In this document: positions 13,041-24,871 of the stretch, in pieces
Layout of the letters: each line of letters begins with the position of its first letter
Numbering within the stretch: the first letter of the stretch is position 1
From: Eutreptiella sp. 'Long Island Sound 2002'
Lineage: Eukaryota; Protista; Euglenida
Direction of reading: 5' to 3'
Length of the DNA stretch: 64,000 bases
NCBI GenBank assembly: GCA_964036045.1
Contig: OZ038379.1
Location: forward strand, 22,444,001 to 22,508,000
Made by a program: the position numbers and the translations under genes
Notes under the pieces: model-generated
Told to the model about the DNA's origin: nothing
Database searches by the model: none
What the model saw: only the letters and a program-made list of their open reading frames with translations

Positions 13041-14179
13041 CTGTAGAGAAATGATGGCTGAGGTTTGGTGGCGTAGGGTTATGGCATGTGTGATGGGATA
13101 GAGGGATGGCATGTGTGATGGTGCAGCATGATGGCATGTGACAGGGTATAGAGTGATGGATGTGTGATGGTACGGAATGATGGCTGGTGCAATGGCACCC
13201 TTGCAACACGATGCAACGTTCAGACGTAATGCACATACAAATGCAGGCAGTACGAGAGCATCGAGTAACTAAGGACCCAAGGAATGACGTTTTCCCCATA
13301 GCTTGTTCCAACACGTTACGCGGTGCGCACGCAGTGCAAGTCATCCCCTTCAGGACTGGTGGATGAACAAAAAAAAAACTTAGACAGCTCTGAACCTTGA
13401 TCCTGAGAAGTTCTCTCAAGCACATCTCATCCCCCATCTAGCGAGCAGGTCTGGGTGTGCACGTACCAACCGTCTCAATGGTCTCATGGCAATCCCTACG
13501 ATGTTGACGTGTCCTCATTGCCATGCTCACGGCGCCGCTTCTGTTTAGCACATACCGCCCAGCATGCGGCAATTCATTCTTCTTTGCAACACGGGCCCAA
13601 CAGTCACCCATTGATACCCTTCAACGTGTGCAACCACCCATGCCTTTTCTTATATATATGGTGGGGGGTGGAAGCCGGGGCCAACAAATCCACTTTTCGA
13701 GCCGACCCACAGCCAATGGCCCACCCCCACGAATGGGGGGCTCAGCTCAGGACCCGCCCACCCACCCACCCACCAATCAAAAATTTCTTTCCTCACCTCC
13801 GTGAGGAAGAAAGGAACTTTTTTGATAGAGGCGAGCAAAACACTCACCTTTGTGGAATGGTGCCAACAAAAATGAGCAAACGATACAACAACGGTGTAAC
13901 TCACCCACTTTTCTTTAAATCGATTGCTTGTGAGTAAAGAAAACGATTCCACACACCAATGCGGTTGTGGTCTATCCGAAATTTGGTTTGCCATGTGGCT
14001 GCCTATGGTGGTGTGTCCACGGCTCTCACATAAATGCATGCCTTTGGTGTAATGGTTGCTGTTGGTTGAGCCGTTCCAAAGGGTTTCAAGGGCAAAGGGT
14101 TGTAGGGACATTGGGGCATGGGGACACAGTGGCATATATTCCTTTAACTACCAGGTACGGGGTGTGCACCGGTACCCTC

Positions 14180-14645
14180 AAAAACGCACTCAGGGGAACC
14201 GGGCTTGCTGCACGACGTTGGCGACGACAGTGTTGGGAAACGTTGGGGACGCTGGGGAACACGTGTACCCGGATTTTGTACCGGCATACCCACATTCTAG
14301 AACGTTCTAGAACGTCGGGGAACACATGTGCCCGCATTTTGTACCGGGTCGCACCCGGACGTTCCGGAACGATGTAGAACGTTCCGGAACACGGGAACAC
14401 ATGTACCACATTTTGTACCTAGTGGTACCCACATTCCGGAAGGCTGTGGAACGTCAGCAACACATGGGAACCACGTGTACGCGTGTTTCGTACCCGGTAA
14501 CACACATGTTCCCCAACACGCTGCTCGTCGAGAACGTCGAGAGCGACGAAGAACGTGTTGGGGAACACATGGGAACATGTGGAGGGAACATGGGGGAACA
14601 TTTTCCATTTCACATGAAAAACATGTTTTTTGCGGGTACCTGGCA
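14180..14645. repeat. Palindrome-dense short repeat element in intron
   Basis: Recurring ~60-65 nt units (ggaacacatgt..cattttgtacc...acattc/gttc) packed with ACATGT, GGTACC, TCTAGA, TCCGGA and AACGTT. Confidence 0.6.
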
Positions 14646-14770
14646 TTTTAAATGGTTTCAGCACACTCAGAAACCCCCTTTGACAACATAAAATGGGGGG
14701 GTGATGTAACGCGTTAGGGCACATTTCAGGCGGTAGCTAAAGGAATATGCAAAGGGCCATAGGGTCATAC

Positions 14771-15161
14771 CATCGCATCGAGGACCACATGCAATGGAGG
14801 GGGCACGGTGTGGATGTTGGCCTTCAAGGCAAGCAGCTCTTGTAGTACGGAGACGGATGCAAAATGGGCTGCTTCCATCAAGGGAGTACGTCCATATTGG
14901 CCTTTGGCGTCCAGGTCGGCCTTTGCCGCGATGAGAGCACGTGCTACGTGCAAGTGGTCGTCAATCGCTGCGTAGTGCAACGGCGTGTCGCCATTTGCAT
15001 CCCGTGCATTGACATCCTCCCCACCCCGAATCAAGGCACGGACAGCATCGATGTTGTCAACCGCATCATGCAGTGCCATGCAGCCAATTGCAATTTTGCT
15101 ACAAACGTGACAAGCAGGGCAGCACCGGGCAGAGCCATGGCCAATACCGGAACCCAGGTCC
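14771..15161 (-). CDS. Upstream exon of ANK-kinase-PARP fusion: ankyrin repeats (5' boundary uncertain)
   Basis: ORF 14765..15232: DVNARDANGDTPLHYAA, GRTPLMEAA. Donor ATG|GTATGA at 14770, phase 0, matches the acceptor at 13041. Acceptor gtgttcag at 15162 (alternative near 15100). Confidence 0.8.
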
Positions 15162-17029
15162 CTGAACACTACAAACACAAACGCTCTCTTTATGGACATA
15201 TGGGGGCACAAGGAACGGATGGCTAGGGCCACGGATTGCTAAGCCGGGGGGGGGGGGGGTGGAGGGGTCTCGGAGAGGGAGTCGGGGGGTTTGGTTGAGA
15301 AAAATACCCACCACCACCAAAGTGCACCCCATGTGCCCGAAAGCCTACACCTTTGCCTTGCCCTGCAGAAATGGTGACAATACACTACTGGAGTTGTGCG
15401 TCTTCATCAAAACATGTAGTGCCCTTTGTTGTTTTAGATCAGCACTGGCTGCAAGGAAAGCAAGTGGTGGGTGGGGCACACACAGCACATCGCGATGTAG
15501 CGCGCCAGCTACCTGTACTAACTTGTTGATCTGCAGCATAGTTTGTGTAAAAAGCAGTGTGCATGTTGTCTACAAAAGATGTTTAAAGATGCAACGAAGT
15601 TGCAAGCACAGTGATCCTCACTTTTCCCCAAAACATGCTTTTTGCGGATAGCACCCTTTGTTGTGAAGCAAATGGCACAATGACCACATACACAATCTTG
15701 CCCCCAGGCTTCTTAGCTTCAGAAATAATTATCATACTCACAGATCATTCTGCATCATGGGAGGGCATATGGATTGATCCCTGTGGGTTCCCTCCAAAAT
15801 GCACTCCTGGAATACAAAACTTGGGCAGTCTGAGGCAGATGCAACCGCTTGCGCATAAGTTCCTGCAGACTGCTTTCGTTGCAAGGCATCAACACTGAAC
15901 AAATAGCAGCACACATGCAATGCCTCCTCATGCTGTCTTGGCACAACGGCACGGGGGAGCAGCAAAGAGCATATCTCTCTGGGACGTTCGGAATGGTGCC
16001 AACACGGAGCGTTTTCAGGGGCCGGTGCCATTGTTGCCTCATTTGTGCCCGCCGAGTGTCCCAGAGGGGGGGTATGTGGGGTATATTCGGAAAGCCCTTG
16101 AAAAGGGCTTTTCGGAGATGTATTGGTTAGGGGGGGGGGGTCCGGAACCATATTTTTTCGAAAATTGGCCGTTACCGTTGACAGGTTGGGTTTCTTTTGC
16201 CTGTTCTGGTCTGGTTTCAGACAGACTGCACCGCACCCCTACTCCCATTACTCCAACATATGGGCATATGAGGGTCAAGTCATTTGGGTGGATTTGTTGC
16301 ATTTGATGTGTAGAAGACATGTGCAACATGGGTCCCCTCAAGAGGCCAATAAGTTGAAGACTTTGACCAATAACTACCTTGGACACCTGGATGATGCCTG
16401 GTGCAACTTGCAGCATCAAGCTCACCAGAGTGCAAGAAATCAAAGATGGCAGAATTTCTCAAACAGGCTGTCAAGCTGGGACATGAGACTTCAATATTTG
16501 GATTCAGCACGTCAAAACGCATCCACTTATCTCCTTTCACTTTCCTCCAACTCCACAATATGTCGGAGCACCCAGGGGAACACCTATGAGTTGGTGTCCC
16601 GCACGCGTGTGTAGAGCAGCCAGAGGCCCGAAAACCCTGAAACGCCGAAAAGTTCGGCCTCGGTACTCAAAAATATGGTCACTTATTCCCCCTTTACCCA
16701 TACATTTCTGAAACGGCCTTTTCTCACAGATTTCAAAAAGTTTTCCCTTTAATCTTCAATAATATGAATAAACACGAATATCAGCAGCACATCGCCAACA
16801 CATACCCCTACGCATACCCATTCGCTGACCCGTTTGTAACCCTCTGTGCCCCCACACCAGTCAGCTTTACGGTCCCTCTCGACAGCTACACTCCCCACCT
16901 CAACATGTCTACTGCCCCCTACAAACCCCACCCCCCTTCCCCTTCCCCAAATGAGTCCAAAAACCAAGTTTTTTATTTTGATTACCTTTTGGCAAGCACT
17001 TTCCCCAGTTTGACCTGCACCTTCTCCTA

Positions 17030-17290
17030 TGTGACCTGCACCTCACCAACTGTGTCGGTCCGACCTTGGAGGCATTTTAGTGGGCATTTTTGGTAGTTGC
17101 ATTGTAGGCTGCTGAGTGCTCTCTTTTGCCTTTACTGATTGTCGGTGACACCTTCTCCAAACTGACCTGCACCATCTCCAAACCGACCTGCACCTTCTCC
17201 ACATTGACTTCACCTTTTAAAACAACGCACACCTTCTTCAAAGTGACCTGCGGGTCTCCTTTTAAAATGACCCCAGAGTTGACCTCTAGT
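17030..17290. repeat. Short ~21-bp degenerate repeats (tgacctgcaccttctcc)
   Basis: Motif recurs at ~17011, 17032, 17163, 17185 and 17244. Confidence 0.55.
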
Positions 17291-17329
17291 GTAGCCTTAC
17301 CTTCAAAATGCGCTTTGGTTGTCTAACTT

Positions 17330-18135
17330 GGGGCACTTGGAGCCGGCACTTGTGGACACTTTTTTGTATGTGTTGACATTTCACTTTTGGCTATTTGTTG
17401 ACAGTTGTCCACACCTTTCGTTGTTATTTTGCAGTGTGACCCAGTCCAAGGAACTTCCGACCAAGTCGGCTGGGGCTTTGCACGTCCACGACGAGAAGAG
17501 TGGCACACAGCGACTGGATGTGTTGTGCCATGTTCACTGCAAAAGGTGCTCAAAGTTTGGAGCGCAAAATTGCACTGGCTTAAGGAGATGTGCGGCCAGA
17601 CGAACTACTTTCGCAGCTTTGCTGTTTCTTCCAACGGTTGCATATTTGTAAGTGGGAAAATAATACTACGGGATCTTCACGCGAGAGTTTCACTGCTTGG
17701 CGTTGTCACATCAACTCTCTTGAATTCTGTCCAACCATAAATTGGCCGTCTGCTGGAGACGTCAGTTATGATTTGGGTGGGACTTGACTGAAGGCCGTGG
17801 TTGATGACCTCGTAACCAAGCTTCCGGACCGTCTGAGCCGGAAGGCAGTGATTGCTGACCTAGTAACCGAGCTTCCGAACTGTACAAGCCACAAACTTGT
17901 GCGGTGAACAACTGTACCAATTCTAACGTCAACTCTCTTGAATTCTGTCCCACCAAAAACTGGCTGTCTGCAGGCACGAAGATGTCAGTTATGATTTGGG
18001 ACTTGATCGAAGGCAGTGGTTGCTGACCTCGTAACCGAGCGTCTGAACCATCCAAGCCACAAACTTGTGCATTTGGAGTGGGGAACTGTGCGGTGGTCCG
18101 CCGATGGCGGTGGTACACCGATAACGCAATCGAGC
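17330..18135 (+). pseudogene. RACK1: Decayed intronless RACK1 (WD40) fragment, C-terminal repeats, with internal duplication
   Basis: Frameshifted peptides AHSDWMCCAMF, KVLKVWS..GQTNYFRSFAVSSNG..SGK..LRDL, NSLEFCPTKNWLSAGTKMSVMIWDL, WSADG and YTDNAI follow the order of RACK1 motifs HSEWVSCVRF, KVKVW..GHTGY..VSPDG..SGG, NALCFSPNRYWLCA..IWDL, WSADG..GYTDN. Confidence 0.8.
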
Positions 18136-18299
18136 CTCGGGGTCGTGGTGCTGGAGGCACACGTGGGCGTGCACCTTCGTGCGAAGTTGAAAAACAACAT
18201 TGCGAGTGTCGTTAAGCATCTCATCGCTGCCCTCACGCCTTTTTCCTGGTTTCATAATGTCGCATGACCCTTACCCTTCTGCGGCTGGTGCAGGGGAGC

Positions 18300-20330
18300 A
18301 ACAAACCAACTCCAAGCTGGAAATGCCTTCAACCCTACAAGGGCAAAACAACTGGTGCCGAAAACCTGGTTGCTTTCGATGCCAGTCTGACGTTGAAAAT
18401 TTAACTTTTGCTTGGTTGTGCATAGGACGTGTCTCTGGGTGGAGACGAGCATGCCAACACTCAAAGGGGGCCCATTCTACAACTGTTGAAGAGTGCATCA
18501 TTTGGCCAGCAGCCAGAATTCTTCCTATCATTTCTGAGAACAGTTCCGACTCTGGTGCACCCAACAACGTGGTGGAAGGTTTGTTAAAAGAGCAGTCTCG
18601 TGAGCTGCCTAAAATCATGACAACCGCCGTTCTAGAGGCGTGGGAGATCCACACTCTGATGTTGGCACAGAGGAAGGGCTTCTTCCTAGTGGGCATCCCT
18701 GTCGATGGAGACGTGAACAGCCCTAGTCTGTTCGTGTTCTCCGACGCTCGTTATGTTGGGGCACCCTTGGACCGCAACGGTGTGCGGGCGGCTCGCTTCT
18801 TTGTCACCACCGACGACATCATGATCATGGCGAGCGAGGTGGGTCATGTGGAACCACCACCGCACGCCATCAAGCAAAAGGGACGTCTGCAGCCCGGTCG
18901 TATGTTGTTGGTGGACACTAGTAAGCATGTTTTTTAGATAGTGGGTGAACAACAACTTCGCTACTGTGCAGTTGAGGAAGAAGTTCTTGGCGTACCTTTT
19001 TTAAGTTGGTTGAGGAAGGCTTCGACCATTGCCCGGTCGTGTTTAACTACAACTGCGAGCATTTGCACAAACTCTTGATTGATATGGTGGTCAACAGAAG
19101 GAGGCTCTCGGCTCCATGGGCAGCGACTCCGCCTGGGTTTATGTGTCAAAGGTCCTCGCTTGATGATTGACTGTATCAGCAGCTGTTCGCCCACGTTACC
19201 AATCCACCTATCGCTCCTTTCCCGCAAGCCATTGCTACGTCTTTGAAAGCCGGTGTTGGCCATCAACTCCTACTCAGTGCAAGCACATCACCTTGGACAA
19301 CCTCTGTTTGCATCTAGACGACTTGGCCCGTATTCGAAACATGGTCAGGGTGCCTGGGTGGGGGGACTGGAAGGTGGCCATCATTGACATCACCTTCGAG
19401 AAATCTGAGGGTCCTTGAAGAAGTGCCCTGACCGTCTTTTCGCAGAGGCTGCAAAAGCGGTTGTGGATGCCAAAGTTATTGTGCTTCCTGACCCTGCCAT
19501 CAACGCGACTCGTGTGCCTGCACAGGCCTTGCCGGCCAATAGAGCCTCGGTCTTTGGTGGCCAAGAAGATGTGGAGATCAGACTAATCGTTGGCAGCGGA
19601 AAGGTCCGCTAATTGCACCATGTCTATCACCGAAGTTTCAGCGCAGAGAGGCTTTCTGGCCCCACATCCCGAGGGCGTGATGTGCCGAGTACCCAGAGTT
19701 CCTGGAGAACTGGGGAAAGGCCGGGAGCTGATGCCCTGTTTTTTTTTTTGGTGTTTGCGCTGACCGTGCAGAATCACAGAGACTACCACTTCTGTACTGG
19801 AGGTGTTGACCACGTGAACGACCCGGTGGCTATTTCCAAACTTCTGGACACCGCTTGAACCAAAAACCACGCAGCATACGCTGCTTTTGAGTGGTCTTCT
19901 GGCTTTCCCAATGACAAGCACATGCACGTTCCAATCAAGGAGGTTGAACCTGCTACCAACATCGTCAGGCGGTTTGCCACTGGTGCCGTGAGCTGTGATT
20001 CCATTTCTGATGAGGCCCACAAGACGCTTGCCATGCATGGATGGGGGGCAAAGTCCAACACCGGTGAGGGTGGTGAGCATGTCGAAAAGTCCGCCATCAA
20101 GCAGGTGGCCTCCGGTCGTTTTGGTGTCATCATTGCGCACCTTGATGCCGCCATTGAGATCAAAATTCAGATGGCTCTGGGAAGCAAGGTTACCAAGGGC
20201 ATTTGTGCCACCCGGCACTCCACCTTTTGAGTGGGTTTGGTTTCTCCCCTAGTGCACCACGACATCTACTCCACTGAGGATTTGGCCCAGCTATCTACGA
20301 TCAAGTGCGCCAGCCTTGAGGCCCCATGTG
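18300..20330 (+). pseudogene. GLT1: Decayed intronless glutamate synthase (GOGAT large-subunit region) fragment with stops, frameshifts and internal deletions
   Basis: [105 protein letters not shown] and HHDIYSTEDLAQL are all glutamate synthase signatures, in the expected order. Confidence 0.92.
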
Positions 20331-20739
20331 CTTGTGAAGCTCGTGTCCGAGGCCGGTGTTAGTGAACACCCCTTGGTGTGACCAAGGGTCACGCTGATCA
20401 CATCACCATCTACGGTCACGACAATGGTATAGGTGCCTGCAGCTAGACTGGTGTGAAGCACGCTAGATTGCGGGAGTCGGGTATTGCTGAGACCCACTAG
20501 ACCCTCCTGCTAAACAACTTGGCGGCCGTGTTGTGTTGTGCTACAAACCATGGTCAGCTGAGGTCAGGCTGCAACATTGTTGTGGCTTCCATGCTGAGCA
20601 CTGACCAGGTTGGCATCGGCATTGCTCCTCTTATTGTCATGGGTTGCATCATCATGCGCAAGTGCCATCTCAACACGTGCATTGTTGGTGTTGCCATGCA
20701 AGATCCTGCCCTGCACAAGAAGTTCAACATATCTGCGCT

Positions 20740-21090
20740 TGCCGCAGTTGGAAGTGTTTGCCTTCAAGAGAGTCTCAGGTGTGGGATCCAGGAACATCTT
20801 GGGCCATGGGCCATGCACCGCGGGCTGGTCTGCACCCGCGACCCGGTCGCGTATGTGGCATAGCAGGCTACCGTGTTCAATGTGAGCCTGCGCGACAACA
20901 TCCTGTTCGGGACCGACATGGACTGTGTGCAGTACGCGGCGGCACTCTGCGCCAGCAAGTTGCGGCAGGACCTAAAGAGCCTTCGGCAGTGGGGTGTGAC
21001 AGAGATTGGGCAACAAGGGATCAACCTGAGCAGCGGTCAGAAGCAACGGGCCAGCATCGCCAACGCGCTGCATGCCCAAGCCAACCTTGG
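20740..21090 (+). pseudogene. Decayed ABCC/MRP-type ABC transporter NBD1 fragment
   Basis: VAYVA*QATVFNVSLRDNILFG ... EIGQQGINLSSGQKQRASIANAL matches the Q-loop and signature region; in-frame TAG, degraded Walker A and no recognisable Walker B. Confidence 0.85.
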
Positions 21091-21580
21091 GGGAGCACCT
21101 ATTCTCCTCTCCAGGGGCCGCCCACCATCACCCTCCAAAACACCACCAAGTTTGCTGGCCTGATCTACACGAGCGCCTTCACACTGCCACTGCTGTAGTA
21201 CGTCGCCAAGGGGATCAATCTGCTGGCAATGTTGACCTCTAACAAGGAACGCCGGGCAAAACATGTTCGAGACTGGCACCCTCGCAAATACACTATGTGC
21301 CTCTAGGCCTGGGATTGAATGGTGGAAAACAATGATAAGGCGCCAACCCTATTTTCCTTGAGACTGACTTTCAGGATGTTAAATCATTTGTGTACTCATC
21401 AGAACAGAAGTTCAATGAGCACCAAGTTCATCCACCAAAAGTACCTGGGAACAACCTCAAATCATGTGCACATGATGCAACACTCACCCCACAGCAGTCA
21501 CCCCACAGTGTAAGTGTGTGCACACGGGGGAGGTGGCATGCTTCTCACACTACATTGCATTATGCACAGTTGAGTACAAC

Positions 21581-22780
21581 CTAAGTGTCATGCCTGTTGT
21601 GTTCTAACATGGAAAGGTCACCGAAGGAATGCAAAATTGTGGTGCGGGTTTTCGGGTGAACTACAGAGGTTGATCGTGGATAGGCGGTATCAGGCAGAGC
21701 CTCTGGGCGCGTCCCGTGCTGCATAAACAGCAGCATTTTTTGTCTCGCCCATTGATGCCCGCACTGGTCCATTGCAGGAGAAACTAGCAAGACCGCTTCA
21801 GGTGCATACATACTCACTACCTCCTTTATCAGCCGCGTGCACACGTCCCGCCACGTCGGTGCTATCTCATCTTGCATGACTACGGGTGTTCGTGTACCAT
21901 GCTATACTCCGCTGAAATCTTCAATGTAGCTGCCGTCAACGCACGAGAGCGAGTACCAGGCTCCCTCAGCCGAGGTAATCCTTCGAAGCGCAAAAAGGCC
22001 ACCGTACAGCTCGGCTTGCAACTTTGGGACACTCAACCTCTGCGTGGCGAGCTGCGCTGGGTTTCGTGCCGGCGTGGCATGTGTGTCGCCGGGCCAGGGG
22101 CTGTGATACATTGCCCCTGGCCCCCGCTCCTGCTGCGCCGTGGCATGCCTTGACGCGAGGCGCTCTGCAAGGCGGCGGTCCCCCATCACGGCCATTGTTG
22201 CCAGCTTGCTATCCTTCCATTCCGCGAGGGGACCAAAGTCCACGTCCGCAAACGCGCAGACAGTGCTCGCACTGGGGACAGTGTCGAGTCTGATCCAAGA
22301 GCTCGGACCGTCCTCTCGCGCTGTCCAGCGGATGAACTGTCCGAAAAAGCGCACCTCCCCACGGGACCACTCACTGAGCGAGCCGACGAGCGGAAGCGGA
22401 AAACGTCTTTGCTCGCGCTCCGCTGCAATCATGTGTTGCGCAAACTCAACTTGCTGTCGGAGCACTGAGAGGGCATCATCAGTGCCACAGAGCGCGGGCG
22501 GCAGCTCGCCGTCAAAGAAGCTTGTCAGGAGCGGCTCCCAAAGTGCGTGTTGTCGAGACGGGGAGTGAAGCGCCCAACAGACGCTACTGAGCCGCACCAG
22601 AGGGAGCTCATCGAGAAAACCGAAAATGACGAGCAGCGTGTTTGCGTCCAGAGTTGCGAGGCCTGCAGGTGCCCTCAAGCCGGTCTCCGACACTCGTGCA
22701 CCTAATTGGCTCTTTTCAACACCTGTCTCGCTCCCCTCTGCAGGTCGAGCGATGTTGCACTCGGCCGCCCGTTGTGCCAT
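21581..22780 (-). CDS. Intronless F-box protein: 292-aa ORF (21902..22780) followed in frame, after one TAG, by 106 more codons
   Basis: F-box motif LATLDANTLLVIFGFLDELPLVRLSSVCWALHSPSRQHALWEPL; junction GTA TAG CAT GGT ACA CGA ACA CCC GTA GTC ATG CAA keeps the frame into ORF 21581..21877. Confidence 0.7.
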
Positions 22781-24871
22781 GGCTCAAAATCCGTTGGCCC
22801 AGGTGGGCAATCAAAGCATACAAAATAACACTTGTGGGCACAGATGGCCAGACACTAGAAAAGCAGATGTCCATGACTTGACATAACGTGCAGATTCATC
22901 ACCAACTCCCTATTTCATGTGGCCGCCTTACATTTGATACCAAATTAATTTAGGTCCCAAGGCAATACGGTCCCTACGTCTGCTGTGAGCAAGGCTGTAA
23001 CCACAACACGAAGGCGGTGCGGTGCTCTACACCCCACCCTAGTAGTAGCCCCTCGAGCCGAAGGTGGTGTTGGGGCTCGGCTTGTGACCCCCGCCCGCCC
23101 TTGGTGCTTATAACAGGTAGGAGTCCAGTACCAAGACCTGGATTTTAGCCCCCGCCACCTACTTGCTTAGGCTGTCAAGACCATCCCTTCTAAGAGCTCG
23201 AACCCTACGCCGTGGACATGGCACCAAAACCCAAGATCTCCAAACAGTCTCGCTAAACGTGCAGTCACATCAAAATTCGCCGCCTTCATGAATATGGTGC
23301 TGCACTTGCATCGCCTGAACAGTCAGGACACTAAGAACGACATGGACCACAACCCTGACGATTGGTACCCCCAGCCGCCCCCAGCCGAGAGACGCCCAAT
23401 TCAGCTCTGCGGAAGGTATGCGAAACGCATCTTCGGTCACAGGGCACCCCGCCGAACAGCAGATCCAGATTGTGACCAAGGATCAGACCAAGAGGCAACC
23501 CAAATAGGAGCCCGTAGCCGCCGAGTCGCAGCCCACAGGATACCAGGTGGCCCCGACCAACCAAGTCGACAGAGCCCCTGCAAAGGAAGGGCTGGTGCTT
23601 TAGGGTTTGTCATGGATCGGTGCAGAAAGCGCTTTGGCCGAGCTGCCCTTTCCGTCTTCCTTCCACGGAATTCATTCGTTGGGCCACGTTGGGATTCTCA
23701 CTTGCCCACGCAATTTACAACGTCAGTTTTCATTTGATAAACATCCAATGATCCTGGCTAGATCCTGTTCAGTATTGTCTTTCGGCACGTGCGATCAGTC
23801 ACAATGGAGGCATGACCCGTCGAAGGGGTGCGCGTGCAACTATGGTCCACATTGATTGTTTCGTTTACGTGCAGCCTTTTGCAGTCGCAGGAGGTTAACA
23901 TTGGAATGGGCACCACAGAAAGCGAGTGAAATGAGCCCTTGTCTCGACTCAAGAAGTGGCCTGGATAGTGAATGCAGGGGGTGGGACGTGACCATGCAAA
24001 GGGGAACGACTGGTTCTTTCGCAGGGAGGCAGATCGCCCAACCTCGACAGACCCATCTACGTGAGTAATGGCTGAGTGATGTAACGGGCCATGGTACGAC
24101 TACTGGTTCAGTTGATGGACTGTAATGAGCCAACAACAACCAGCAAATCTCAACCACAAAGCAAGTATCCCTGCAGGGCATTGAGAAGATGGGGGATCGA
24201 GAAGATATCTCTCAAAATGGGTGCACAAGCTCCAAGGCAAAGGGTCAAAATATACAAACCATCTTAGTAACACCTTTCACCAAAAGTACTGAACCCCGCA
24301 ACCCGCGCAGGATCATAGCCCTCACTAGATGCGGGTCGGCATGTACTGAATGTTGCAAAGAACCATTTTGTAACACCCCCGTTTTGGACCCCTCTTTAGA
24401 AAACAACAGTGGTTACCCCAACCCGGAACACACAGGGAGGTATTTCACTACGTAGTTATGGGGCTACCCGATGACATGGACGCAGTGGTGCTAAGCTTGA
24501 GTGATAATAGAAGTGGGCGTCTGGTCCTCGTTTGCGCACCCACAATTGTTCTCATTTAGAAATTCCCCATTGCACTGTACTTGTTGTGCAATTGGGCCAG
24601 AGCAGTCGTGGGAGACAAGGGCAGGGACACACCCATTGCAAAAATTAAAAGGCTGGTAAACCCCGAAACCATGGGTCTGGACCCACCACAGCGTAATCCC
24701 CCCCGTCCCCAGCCCCTGCCCTCCCGCCCATGGAATCCCCCGCAAGAAAATACCCAGTCTTATATCCATCCCTTTGTCACACTGCTGAAAATTCGGTTGC
24801 AATGGTGTGTATTCATGGCATAACTCATGGACATCTCCCACATCCATCAGCACATCTGTTTGCATAGAGCA

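Noticed and set aside
16280-16558. BTB-like motif IFDFLHSGEL as an N-terminal domain of the fusion gene
   Set aside because: The match is too short and the splice phase does not connect to the next exon.
18140-18255. Minus-strand DEM..TR..K peptide resembling NADP-isocitrate dehydrogenase
   Set aside because: Too short and weak to call; left as an unidentified piece of the pseudogene train.
22997-23219. Possible solo LTR (TGT...ACA, TATA-like ttataa)
   Set aside because: No target-site duplication, second copy or primer-binding site seen.
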